Shown: positions 1-11,737, counted from the first letter of the stretch. The stretch: DNA of 64,000 nucleotides from Camelus ferus (GCF_009834535.1 NC_045707.1:47680001-47744000); one strand, 5' to 3'. The notes: generated by a model not told the origin, from the letters alone. A program made the numbers and translations.

Positions 1-37
1 TAATGGATCACATGATGACGAAGAAGTTCTTATTAAA

Positions 38-82
38 ACACACACACACCACGCACGCACGCACGCGCGCGCACGCTCGCGC
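38..82. repeat. Compound (CA)n/(CGCA)n/(CG)n alternating purine-pyrimidine microsatellite
   Basis: acacacacacaccacgcacgcacgcacgcgcgcgcacgctcgcgc read directly. Confidence 0.9.
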
Positions 83-414
83 CTAAACCACCATGAAAAC
101 CTCCCTAAGCTCAACCATTGGTATTTTATAGAATGCTCAAATGAAGAAAGGCACTTTTGACAGCCTAATTTTGCAAATTTAAACTCATTGTGTGAAAATA
201 ATTTAGACCAAAAAAATCCAAAATCCTCTCAGCTTCTTTCGCATTTATAAAGACCTGTTGGTGAGCTTTGACAGGCATAGTTGAGGTTGAAGAAATTGCA
301 CACTTGTGATTGAACAGGTCATCAATGAGTTCCTCTGGGCCTGCAATTTCCAGTCAAGGGCAGTTGGCCTGCTCATGGCCACCTGCTGACGATCTGACAT
401 AGATACGCACAAGG

Positions 415-650
415 ATAATAGCTGACATTTAGAGAGCCCTTCCTAAGCATGAGATACAGTGCTAAGTTTTTTTTTATGTGTTATTTCATTTAATCCTCAC
501 AACAACCCAATGAGATAGATATTATAGTCACCTTCCTTTTATAGAGGAGGCATTAAGGAATTTGCCAAAGTTCCACAGCTGGTCAGTGGCATAGCTGGGA
601 TTCAAACCCAGATATCAGGATCAGAGCTTGCACTCACGTTCTGTGCCTTG
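415..650 (-). mobile_element. MIR SINE remnant
   Basis: tcatttaatcctcacaacaacccaatgagatagat...tttatagaggag...ttgccaaagttccacagctggtcagtggc...gggattcaaacccag resembles the MIR core in reverse orientation. Confidence 0.75.
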
Positions 651-1593
651 TACTGCCTGTGCTGCTCGCCTTCCTCAGCTACAACTTGCTGGAAAAGCTG
701 TGATTGCCTGAACCAAGGGGAGCGAATCCATAGCCTGGCGAGCAGTCAGTGACGGGGCCTGGTAGAAACAGCTGTGTCAGAATTGGAGCAGGGGTTATTC
801 ACTAGGCTACCAGGTTTCGTCTGTGAGTATGAACTGAGGAATATAGTAGAGGAATATAAAAGGAAGGGGCCAACACCAAAACCCCCTCGGAGAGAACTCA
901 GGTAAACTGAGGCCATAAGGCCACAGAGGTCTAGAGAAAGTGTGAATGCACCAAAGCAATGACCAGGTAAACGTATTAAGCAGAGGTGTGAGGCAGGAAA
1001 AAGATGCAGAGTAGAGGACAAAATGGATTGTCATGGAGGAGAGAGATTATGATGTGACAGAGAGCTTCAATGAACCCTCATGGCCAGGAAGACAGAGACC
1101 ACATCCAGGGTCCTGTCCATATTCCCTGATGCCCAGGAATGTGCAACAAATGCTGGCAGGTTGAGTAGGGAAGGAAGATGTCACAGGAGGATAGCTGGGA
1201 CCTGCTGATGGCAGTACACCTGAGGGCAGTGCAAGAACTCTTGCTGCTGAGAAACAGACCCTCAGCCTCTGGAGGTGAATGACACCTCTCTCTTTAGTGA
1301 CTCCTTTTTTTCTCATGAGATTTCCTTCTCCTTTCTTGTCAAGAGTACTGTTTTGATAAAACCCCATTTCCATTTCTTAACGTTGCTTGAAGCTACTTTT
1401 TTTTTTTGACAAAAACAACTCAACAGCAAAGAACACTGTTTATGTGAAAAGATGAAACAATTTCTTTACACCTCCTTCAAATTTTCCTTTTCCTCTCATT
1501 AGGGATAGGAATAACATCCAATTCTACCCGAGACTGACAGCTTTTAAAAATCAAAGCATGTAAAGCTAAGGTTAGCCTAGATCTGTTAACATC

Positions 1594-1769
1594 TTTTTTT
1601 TTTTTAACATTTTTTATTGATTTATAATCATTTTACAATGTTGTATCAAATTCCAGTGTTCAGCACAATTTTTCAGTCATACATGGACATATACACACTC
1701 ATTGTCACATTTTTTCTGTGAGCTACCATAAGATTTTGTGTATATTTCCCTGTGCTATACAGTATGATC
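1594..1769 (-). mobile_element. Young LINE-1 3' end fragment (~176 bp, heavily 5'-truncated)
   Basis: T12 tail at 1594-1605, then aacattttttattgatttataatcattttacaatg..., near-identical to the L1 3' UTR starting at 38277; 8-bp TSD TTAACATC at 1586-1593 and 1770-1777. Confidence 0.9.
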
Positions 1770-2559
1770 TTAACATCCTAAGTGTAGTAAATTTCAAATT
1801 ACCTTTCAATGGTGAAAGATGTTTTTTCTTTCTTTTGTAAAAATTCAAGATTGATCATGCATTTGCATGAGTAATCTAGATAGTGACTTTCTGTTTATTA
1901 GGATAATTTACAAAATCTACGTCACATATTCTCCTCCTCTGTCATTTATGTGCCTCAAGAATAGAGCAGAAGGCCAGTTTTACAGAAAAATTTACATCCT
2001 CCAATTTGCTCCCTGGTACCCAGTCTTGTAGTTTAAGGGTCAGCTAAGCACCATGGAGGGCATGCTTCCTGTAGAGAACACAAGATTTTCGCATTTTCTT
2101 GTCCCAGTTTTGTCACTCTTCTGTAGTGATCTCAAGCAAATCACTTAATTCCTCTGAGCATCAGTTTTCTCATATGTAAACTGGGGTACATAATAGTAAA
2201 TTTAGTAATAACTATGTAAAATGATTTTTGTTAAACTTTGTTTTTGATTTAACACCAATTTTGGTAATGACCTATATGTGGAAACACTAGTGTAATGATT
2301 ATAATGATTGTTTCAGATTTCCTCTTTATGCTGATTACTGGCTAAAGGCTATTTCAATTTTGCATTATTAATATTTGTTATGCCCATGTTTATTCACCAG
2401 CCGGGTGACTTCAAGCAAGTCATTTAATATCCTCATCATTGTTCTTGGGGCAAAGACCAACATTTCTAGCATGGCCTGTCTCTGCACCTCAAGACTACTT
2501 CCTTCCCTTGCTGTCAAAGCTCCAGTCACACAGTCCTCTTTCAGGTTGGAAGGAAGCCA

Positions 2560-2915
2560 CCTTCCTTTCTACCCAAGAGCCTTGCATGTGTTCTTATCTC
2601 TGCTTAAAGTGCTACCCAACTTCAGTCTTTCTCTGCTCTCCTCTTCTCTTGGTTAATGCCTGTAAGTCTCAGTTCAAATGTCACATGCCTGGGGCAGTCC
2701 TGGTCACCCGTAGGATTAGCTCAAGTTCACCTATTATGGGTACCTTTACCAACCCTATACTTCTTTCTTGTACTCTTCACTGCATATTATTAGTGGGACA
2801 ATTGCAGAGTCTTCCTGAAAGCAGAGACTATGTGTGTGTTGCTTCCGTTGGGGGCTTAACACAAAACTCAATGCCTGGCATATAGTAGACTCTTGATAAG
2901 TATTTGTTGGCTGAA
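2560..2915 (+). mobile_element. L2 LINE 3' remnant
   Basis: tctcagttcaaatgtcac...aatgcctggcatatagtagactcttgataagtatttgttggctgaat resembles the L2 3' terminus. Confidence 0.6.
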
Positions 2916-4039
2916 TACAGGGAAGATAACTTGAATGTAATCAATAAAATCCATAATGCAAACTAAACACACTTACTTAGTCAAAAAACTAATATACACT
3001 AACAATATTTCAGGTAAAGGGATCACCTAGATCACTAGATAGAGTGATCAAATGCATGAAATAATTACTTTATCTATTGATTACATAGGAATTGAGTTTG
3101 TCTACGAGTATATATAATTTACAAGCTAACATAAAATAGGTAAAAATTGGTACCTGAAAATATATAGATACAAAAAAGCAAGGCCAGATAAAAAGATAGA
3201 ATAAATATTAAGACTCGAGGTCCAACAGGGTTAATAATACAGGTTGAGCTGTAAACATGATTCTAAGCTTGCCAGGGGCCAAAAGAAAAATGAAAATATC
3301 ATCTGTTATGTGATGGTCATTGACCTGAGGGAAAAGCACTCTTGTCTTCTGGGAAAAAGAAAGCTGTTCAGGGCACTTTTTTTTTTTTTTTCTGGAAGAC
3401 ATTTCTTTGAAGGGATAGAACTTGTTTTCTCCATGGCTCTTTGGGCAGCTTGGCAGCCTTCTAGAACCTGCAGCATTAGAAGGTCAGAGTTCTCTTCCCA
3501 GATCTCCTCTCTCCAACTCTCTCCTCCTCTTCTCTCCTCTCCTTCCCATGTTTCCTCCTTTTCTCTCCTGAAATTTTTATCTCATTGCAATTAAAAGATG
3601 AGTTAAACTTAACATGTGGCCTTCCCAGAGCTGCGCTGGTGCTGGGGTATAATGGCTAAATCTGGCAGGTCCTAATCCGGTGGTGTATGTAGTGAAAAGT
3701 CTGACAGCCCCAGCTCCAGTACTCACTCCGCACTCTCCAGGACTAGGTCATTCATCTGGCTCAGTTTTTCCATCTAGAGGGGCTGTTGATGCCTCCTTTA
3801 GAGGGCAGCTGAGAAACTGAATGAGAGAACACTTGGGGCTGAGTCTGGCCGAGCCCATGTTCCATAAACGTTCTCTCTTACATGTTTCTTCCTCCCTCTC
3901 GGAACTGGCATAAGGATCAGTAGGGATGTTATGTGAGTGTGTGTATATTCTAGAGGCCCAAGGAGAGGAGATGCTATTCTTCTATCTTCACAAACATCAG
4001 TGGAAGGAACAATTACATGTATTAGAAATAAAAACAAAT

Positions 4040-4350
4040 TAAATATAACTGCACTTAGCAACAAGGATGAATCTCATAAATAATTGAACAAAAGAAATCA
4101 GACATAAAATAATGTATGGCGTATGACTCCAAAAACAGGCAAAACTAAACTAATGTTTTAGAAGTCAGGATGGTGGTTACCTTTGAAAAGAAGGGAAGGA
4201 GAGTCATGATCTGGAGACCCAAAGGAGTCTTCTGTGCCTCCTTCCTCAGTGGTGGTTATGCAAATCATTGTGTTAATTACTGAGCTATACAATTTGGTAC
4301 AATTTTCTGTATTCATGTTGAAGTATAACACAGATAATATAAAATAATAA
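4040..4350 (+). mobile_element. Old L1 (L1M/L1ME-like) 3' region
   Basis: ggatgaatctcataaa...caaaaacaggcaaaactaaactaatgttttagaagtcaggatggtggttacctttg is typical of L1ME-type 3' UTRs. Confidence 0.6.
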
Positions 4351-4807
4351 TAGTGAAAGGAAACATGTAACAAACAAAAATAGTAGGTATTTTGATAAAA
4401 CTCAGAATTGCAGTGATTCCTTTTGGAAAACATTTTTGTCAAGAAATGTGTAACATCTTTGCTGGGAATATGCTAAAATTCCTTAGACACAGGCTGTAAG
4501 ATGGCTTATTGAAGCTGTGTGGTTTTGACATTGATATACATTGTAATGAAGTATCTTATGTGTCAAAAAATATTTCTGCTAAAACAAGCCACATTTCACT
4601 AAATTGTTTCCTTGTTTATGGAGATTTCTGTACTATATTTATTGCTAATCATTTCCATTAAAATATTTAGTAAAAAAAAAAAAGAATTACATATATTTCT
4701 CTTTACTAATGATCTACTCCAGTGAACTTAATTTTTTATATATTTTAATTAATTTTTTACCTAAAGCAAGAAAACAAAAGGGATTCAGAGCCTCTAATCT
4801 TTTTTAT

Positions 4808-4811
4808 TATA

Positions 4812-4857
<46 letters not shown>
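4808..4857. repeat. (TG)n(TA)n compound microsatellite
   Basis: tatatgtgtgtgtgtgtatatatatatatatatatatatatatatatata read directly. Confidence 0.95.
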
Positions 4858-4862
<5 letters not shown>

Positions 4863-6652
4863 AAAGTATATGTGTGCACATTTTTAAAACCCCTATTTCT
4901 GCAAAATAATAAGACATTGCATCAGTGATATAAGCAAGTCAAAACAAAACAGGAAGTTGTGGGACCAGCAGTATTCGTGGTCATGGGTCAGGAATGGCTT
5001 AAAAATTGAGCTTGAATTGTGGTTCCCCACCTTTACCACCTTTTTATTGAAAAATCGGACTCTGGCTTAGTGGAACTGAATCGCTGCTGGAGATTTTTCT
5101 TCCTATAAAATTCTCAGAATGTTTATTAGATCTCTTTTGCTGAATTTCTGTATGTAATAAAGAACTCAGTCTAGATTATGAAGTCTAAGATCCCTAAGCA
5201 AATTCTTCTTGCTTTTCTAACTTATTCAAACCAGATTTTCCCATTTGGGAAGGTCATGAGGAATGTGCAGTTTCTATAGAATCCACCTCAGTTATGGTGG
5301 TTTCTATGACAAAGTTTCGGGAGTGGCAAAGTATATTGCCTGCTGGTTACCAGCACAGTCCACAGAGAGACATGATTATTTGTACAGAGATTTCCTCTAA
5401 TTTTTTTTTTTTTATCCTGAAAGAAAATATCCTGGTAGCCCACCGAATCTAAAATTGGATATTTTGTATGTGTCTCATTATGGTTTTGTGGACAAAGGAA
5501 CTAAAAACAATGGTAGTTTAAAAATAAAATTGCTTTGTTTCCTCTGGTGGTGTCTGAAATGCAGACTCTTTTACCAGGAGAAAAGTGTTACTAAATTGTG
5601 TGGTCGTAGCACACTAGCAAACATATTTCTAGCACTGAGCATTATAATTGGTAAAGGCTGTGTGGAATTATACACAGAAATCTGGGATATTTTATTTCGG
5701 CTAAGAATATTTAGATTTTATAATCTGTAGATAGTATTGAGAAAGGTATTTATGATCAGTAGCCATCCAGAAGTGATACTGACTTGACTAGATGGCCACT
5801 TTGTTTTGTACATCTGGCATTTCACTGGGTTCAGCAATTTTCTATCTTTACATTTTCCAAACTTGGAGTAGTAACCCCAAAGGCAACCACGGAAGGCAAT
5901 CCTTTGTGGCCTGTGAAACTCTGTTGCACAGTTCTGCGTTAAGACTGGCAAAACAACATTTCCAGCACCATGAAACTAACACAATATTTACTGTAATATC
6001 TACACAGTATCTATATAGCATGTAATAAAGGTGAACATACCATTGAGTACTTACTATGTTTAGTACAGCTCAAAGTCCTTCATCTGCATTATCTCTTTTA
6101 ACTCTGAATTAATATTATTATTCTTATTTTATAGAAGAGAAACTGAGGTTCTGAAAGTTTAAGGGACAGCTGGTATGTATCCTGGAGCACAAATTCCAAT
6201 CCAGGAGTCTCTGGCTGTGGACTTGTTCTTCTAAATTGCCATATGTATTGCTCCTCAAATGTCTAGTTAATAGTTACTGAATTATCAGTAGGACGGACGA
6301 ATGCAGACTGCTTTGTAGTCCCAACTCTCCAGCTTATTTCCTACGTGACCTTGGGCATGTTATTTATCCTTTGGCCTTGGTTTACTTAGCAGTCAGATGT
6401 GGAGAGTTGAACTGGATGGTTTTTAGGATTCCCTTTATTATCCTATTGTATGCGTCTATGATTAATGCGAGTTGTTTGGGCAGTCTGGATAATTTGAGTA
6501 ATATAATAGTGTTGTGCTCTGTATCACAGCCCTCCATTTTATAAAGGAGAGTTGCATCACCATAATACAGGGCATGGTGGTATAGTAGAAGGTACCCATG
6601 TCTAGACATCTGATCAACTTCTGGAAGGAAGTCAGATCTGGGTTATAACCTG

Positions 6653-7017
6653 TGCTATAGCCTGAATGTTTGTGACCTCCAAAATTCATGTATTGAAACT
6701 TAACTCCAAAAGTGGTGGTATTAGGAAGTGGGGCCTTTTTAAGATTTTTAGGTCTGAGGGTGGTACCCTCATAAATGGGATTAGTGCCTTATAAAAGAGG
6801 TCCCAGAGAACTCCCTCATCCCTTCTGCTGTGTGAGGTTTTTCAGAAAGACAACTATCTATGAATCAGGTTGTGAACTCTCACCAGACAGCGAAGGAGGA
6901 TGTTGCCTCCTTCATCTTGGATTTCCAGCCTCTAGAACTGTAAGAAATAAAATTCTGTTATTTGTGAACTGCCTGGTCTGTGGTGTTCTGTTACAGCAGC
7001 ATGCACTGACTGAGACA
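6653..7017 (+). mobile_element. MaLR solo LTR, MLT1A/MLT1A0-like
   Basis: TG...CA termini (tgctatagcctgaatgtttgtg...gactgagaca); gggattagtgccttataaaagagg; AATAAA near 6946; TSD ACCTG (6648-6652) / GCCTG (7018-7022). Confidence 0.85.
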
Positions 7018-7032
7018 GCCTGTTTTATTCCA

Positions 7033-7239
7033 GTTACAAAATAAATTAGTCATGGGGCTGTAATGTACAGCTCAGGGAATATAGTCAATATTTTAATAAC
7101 TTTATATGGTGACAGATGGTAACCGGACTTGTAGTGGTAATCATTTCGTAATGTATAAAAATGTTGAATCACTATGTTGTACACCTGAAACTAATATAAT
7201 AGTGTTAAGTCAACTGTACTTCAATAAAATGTTTTTTAA
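7033..7239 (+). mobile_element. L1 3' end fragment (older subfamily)
   Basis: atgtacagc...gggaatatagtcaata...gaatcactatgttgtacacctgaaactaatataat...caactgtacttcaataaaa; imperfect TSD at 7012-7032 and 7240-7258. Confidence 0.85.
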
Positions 7240-7493
7240 AAGACAACCTGTTATACCACTTACTAGCTACATAAGCTTTACCAGACAGTGTAGCAATTCT
7301 GAGTTTAGGTTTTCTTACCTGAAACCTAAAAGTGTCTATCTCATACTTAATGTTTTGGGATCGAAAAATGTATGTTAAAACCTTTGTACATGTAAGGGTG
7401 TGATTATTAGTAGAATTACTGAAAGAATATTGATAAATAGTGACCAGGAATAAAACATGAATTTAGACTCACTAACTTTTGATCATGTCATAG

Positions 7494-7772
7494 TGTTATG
7501 GGCTGAATTATGTCCTCCCAAAATTCATATGGTGAAGTCTTAACTCCCAGTACCTCAGAAGAATGGGATTTCATTTGGAGATAAGGCCATTAAAAAGGTA
7601 ACTAAGGTAAAATAGGTGATACGGGTGGGCTCTAATACAGCATGACTGGTGTCCTTGTAAGAAGGGGAGAATATGACACAAACATATGAGAACACACTTA
7701 GGAAAGACCATGTGAGGACATGGCCAGAGGCCATCTGTAAGCCGAGGAAAGATGGCTCAGAACGAGAAATCA
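7494..7772 (+). mobile_element. MaLR LTR fragment, MLT1B-like, 3'-truncated
   Basis: tgttatgggctgaattatgtcctcccaaaattcatatggtgaagtcttaactcccagtacctcagaa...tgactggtgtccttgtaagaagggga. Confidence 0.75.
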
Positions 7773-8171
7773 CTGAGACATCTATTGTTTGCCCAGCACT
7801 GTGATGGAAGAGGAGTATTCAATAATTTCTGCTCCCCTGTTCAGCTTTTAGGATTCTTCTCCATGCCTCCCCTCACCTACTCTTATGACCCTTCTCCACA
7901 AGCGAGAGCTGGCTAGGGTAATGGTTGAGCATTCCAGACACACCTGGGTGGTCTCATTCGCCTCGCTGCACTGCAGCTGATCCACTCAGTTATGTACTTG
8001 TCCTAATGGAATGTGAGCAACTGAAGGGACTCAGTTCTGCTCATCTTCACATCATCAGCACTACACCACCACTTAGCACAGAGTTAGTGCTCAGTGAAGG
8101 TTTGTTGGAAGACTGTAGGCCCTTGCAATCTATTTTGCAACCAAAAATTTTAATAAAAATGATAACAACAA

Positions 8172-9063
8172 GGCAGTGCGTTCGGGGGTCCCATGGATCT
8201 GTCTCTTGCTTTAACAATGTTTAGACGGAACAGACCCAGGGACACCCCTTGCTCCAGCCTCCAACCACCCTTCAACCTTTTTTCCAGTTGCATCCTTCAG
8301 AACCAGCCACTGTGCTATCTTCAGTCTCTGGGACCAGCCAACATCATTTTGTGAGCTTAACTCCTTATTACCGATCAACCATGAGCTCCCAGATTCGTTA
8401 GAAGTATTCCAGCGAGGTTGAGGCCTCCATCAACCACCCTGGTCAACATGCATCTGTGTGCCTCCTACACCTACCTCTCTCTGGGCTTCTATTTAGACTA
8501 CAAGAATGTGGCTCTGGAGGGCATTGGCCATTTTTCCCGCGAATTGGCTGAGGAGAAGCGCGAGGGCACAGAGCGTCTCTTGAAAATGCAAAACCAGCGC
8601 AGAGGCCGCGCTCTGTTCCAAGACGTGCAGAAGCCATCTCAAGATGAGGGGGTAAAACCCAGGATGCTATGGAAGCTGCTATTGTCCTGGAGGAGAACCT
8701 GAACCAGGTCCTTTTGGATCTACATGCCCTGGGTTCTGCCCGCGCAGACCCACATCTCTGTGACTTCCTGGAGAACCGCTTCCTGGATGAGGTGGTGAAA
8801 CTCATCAAGAAGATGGGCAACTACCTGACTAACCTCTGCAGGCTTTCTGGTCCCCAGGCTGGGCTGGACAAGTACCTCTTCGAAAGGCTTACCCTCAAGC
8901 ACAACTAGGAGCCTCTGCAAGCCAGTGGCCTTTGCAGAGCCCCTCTGGTGTCTGCCTGAAGCCTCTCTCTGCAGTCACCAGGCAGCTTTTTTAACCATCC
9001 TGGAGCCCTCTCCCAAGCCTTGGACCAAATGGAAACAATACAGCTTTTTGCAACAGCCAAAAA
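8172..9063 (+). pseudogene. FTL: Processed (intronless) ferritin light chain pseudogene, full mRNA length
   Basis: The 5' UTR with IRE starts ggcagtgcgttcgggggtccc. ATG at 8381 (MSSQIR), premature TAG at 8399-8401, +1 frameshift near 8437, -1 frameshift near 8649, native stop at 8906-8908 (528 nt in total). Fragments [48 protein letters not shown] and [10 protein letters not shown] match FTL. No introns. The 3' UTR has a decayed poly(A) signal AATACA at 9037-9042. Confidence 0.97.
8196..8237 (+). promoter_or_regulatory. Degenerate iron-responsive element (IRE) copy in the pseudogene 5' UTR
   Basis: tctgtctcttgC-TTTAA-CAATGT-TTAGA-cggaacaga versus the canonical FTL IRE C-TTCAA-CAGTGT-TTGGA. 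Confidence 0.85.
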
Positions 9064-9080
9064 TAATAATAATAATAGTA

Positions 9081-9155
<75 letters not shown>
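9061..9155 (+). repeat. (AAT)~31 trinucleotide microsatellite with two internal AGT interruptions
   Basis: Read directly; it sits where the pseudogene poly(A) tail and TSD should be. Confidence 0.97.
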
Positions 9156-9519
9156 GTGACTGCTTACTGAGAACAAGGCACTCAGCCAACAGGTTATTTT
9201 GCATACAAACCACATTTGGGACATTTATACATTTTACCCCTATATTTGTCTTCTCCAGGCTGAATTTGGAACTTCGGATCTGGAATGACAAGTTGATGCT
9301 TTCAGCCTGTTAGAGCTACCTCTCAGCTGATAGTTCACTTCTGGCAGCATCCTCCGTTTTAATCTTCATAGCAGTGGCTTATGCAGTACTTTGAACTTTA
9401 TTGCACTTCTGCATTTATTTTAGAGAAGTACATGCAATGGAAAAATGAAAATATAAGAGTGCTGATTTTAATGATTAATAATTTGATCTCATAAATTTAA
9501 TTCAACTTAGAAAAAGACT

Positions 9520-9690
9520 CCAGTGTCAAGCACTGTTCTAGACTCTAGGAATATACCAATGAACACAGTAGATCTAAATATCTGTCCTTGTGCTGCTCAT
9601 ATTTTAGTTGGTGAAAACAGACAATTAAAGAAAAAGCTAACATATAGAATGTCTGTGTAGAATATAGACAGTGTTAGGTGCTATGGAGAA
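9520..9690 (-). mobile_element. L2 remnant
   Basis: gtgtcaagcactgttctagactctaggaatataccaatgaac...tgtccttgtgctgctcatattttagttgg. Confidence 0.6.
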
Positions 9691-10309
9691 AAAGGGGTTG
9701 GCATGTGAAGTTGAAGGTGCTTGTTAGAAATTTTAGTGGAGAAAAGAAGTTGGTGTGGGAGAGGGCTGGGCTGAAGGTGTAAATTTGTAAATTGTAGAAT
9801 AAGTATTATATACAGGTCCAAGGGGTTACCTATAGAATATGATGCTTTTAAAAATGATTACGATTACATTTCCCCTTAAACAGTGAAAGCACAGAAATGA
9901 AAATAATTAAAATAAAAGGGAAGAATGCCACAAACAGTTAAAAGAAAAAAAAAAAGTTGCCATCAACTGGTATACTGGGAATTACAAAGATGCAATGAAC
10001 ATGATCAGTGGAACGTGGTACAGTAAAATGTGATCAGAATGCTTCCTTAAGAAATCAAGGAATGCTTCAAAAAGAGGATGGAATTGTTTAGTCAGTCTTA
10101 AGGGGAAGACAGCAATGTTGACAGGAAGAAATGAGTAAAGAAATACAATCCAAGCGAAAGGTGATTGTTAGTGAAAGCACTAAGAAATCAGACTAGAGTT
10201 GGCGAGTAATAAGAAGTAAGAACGTTTTTGCCAGATCCTTGTCTCTAAAGGACTTTAAATACCACGTGAAGAGAAGTATTCAGCAGGCCCTGTGGTACCA
10301 TTTACTAAG

Positions 10310-10778
10310 CTTTTTCTTAAATAGTTGTGTACATACATACTGAAAAATGCACAAGTCCTAGGTGTAGAGCCCAAAGAAATTTGACCATGTGAAAATACCG
10401 TGTAACCACCGCTTCAATTGAAAAAATCAGCAGCACCCTAGAAGCCTCATTATTCCATCCCTACACACAAAGGAAACCACTATGGTGACTTCCAGCATCA
10501 TAGATTCGTTGTGCCTGATGTGAACTTTATGAAAATGGGCTCATACAGTGTTACTCTTTTGTAGCTAGCTTTTTTCAATCATTATGTGTGTGAAGTTTAT
10601 ATTGTTGCTAGTAGCAGTTAATTTTTACTTTTCATTTCTGTAAATACTACAGTTTATCTCTCGAATCTACTATTGATGAGCATATGGGCTGTTTTCAAGT
10701 TTGGGCTGTATAATTATGCTGCTATGGACATTCCTGTGCATGTCTTTTGGTGAACACATGCATTTCTGTTGGGCATTT
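10310..10778 (-). mobile_element. Old L1 (L1MB/L1ME-like) 3' region
   Basis: ccatgtgaaaataccgtgtaaccacc...tctactattgatgagcatatgggctgttttcaagtttgggctgta...gctgctatggacattcctgtgcatgtcttttggtgaacac. Confidence 0.75.
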
Positions 10779-11737
10779 GCTCAACTTGACTCATAAAATT
10801 AACCATCACAACTGTATTACAATTAGAAATATTAGTTTTCATCCTGAAATTAATACATGCAGTCATGGAATTTTGGAGAACTGATAAAAAAGAATCTCCC
10901 AACTCAGTGCCTAGCACAATACCTGGCACTTAGCAAATTCTCCAAGTATATGCTCAGTGAGTGATGAATGAATATACTTAGAAAAAAACTTCGTTAATGT
11001 ATTAGTTTTAGTGCTTTTTTTTCCTGAATATCTTTTTTTGTTTTGTACACTTTTGATAATACTATAGCTATTTTTAAGTTTTCTTTTGTTTGGGCTTTTT
11101 GATTTCAAAGTATTGAATTACTTCTTTCTACTAAACAAGTGTGAAGGATTATCATTTGACACATTCTCATCCTCCAAGTAACATGATGTGAAGACAAAGC
11201 ATGTGTTTCATCAACCCCTCTTGCACCAAAGTCTCTTTATGATAAATATAAAATATTTCTGGATGTATGTGTATTTTTTTTCTAATGGAAAGTAGCTGAC
11301 ACATGTGATCAAGCACATTTTTTTTGTAATTTCTATAATTATTGGGAAAAGTTAGGAATTATCTGTGAATGTGAATTATCTGGAAGGAATAATCTGGGAG
11401 GAAGAAACATCTATTTTGATTTATTGACTTTGGCTTCAGTTTCATAGGATTTAGGCTTCCTATGATTGGGTCTAAGTAAGGAGAATCATATGAAAAAATG
11501 AAAGATCAGAAAGCAAGACTCAGTTCTTGTTTGGACAGGCGACCAAAGCCACAGTGTCTCAGGCAGAAGAGCAATTCATTAATTACCAGTGGAAAGAAAA
11601 GTTGAATCTAGGACACAGTGTTTTTCTTGAAGAGATGAGAAAGGCTTGGCAGTTGGAGTAGCAGAACTGAAAACAAAAATGTGCATTAAGGTATTTATTT
11701 TGTTACCAATACTTTGGATTAATAAGTTACATTTCAT

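Noticed and set aside
8443..8920. Minus-strand ORFs of 125 and 66 aa
   Set aside because: They are antisense to the GC-rich FTL pseudogene.
8905..9313. ORFs with poly-L, poly-I, poly-Y and poly-N tracts
   Set aside because: They are translations of the (AAT)n microsatellite in different frames.
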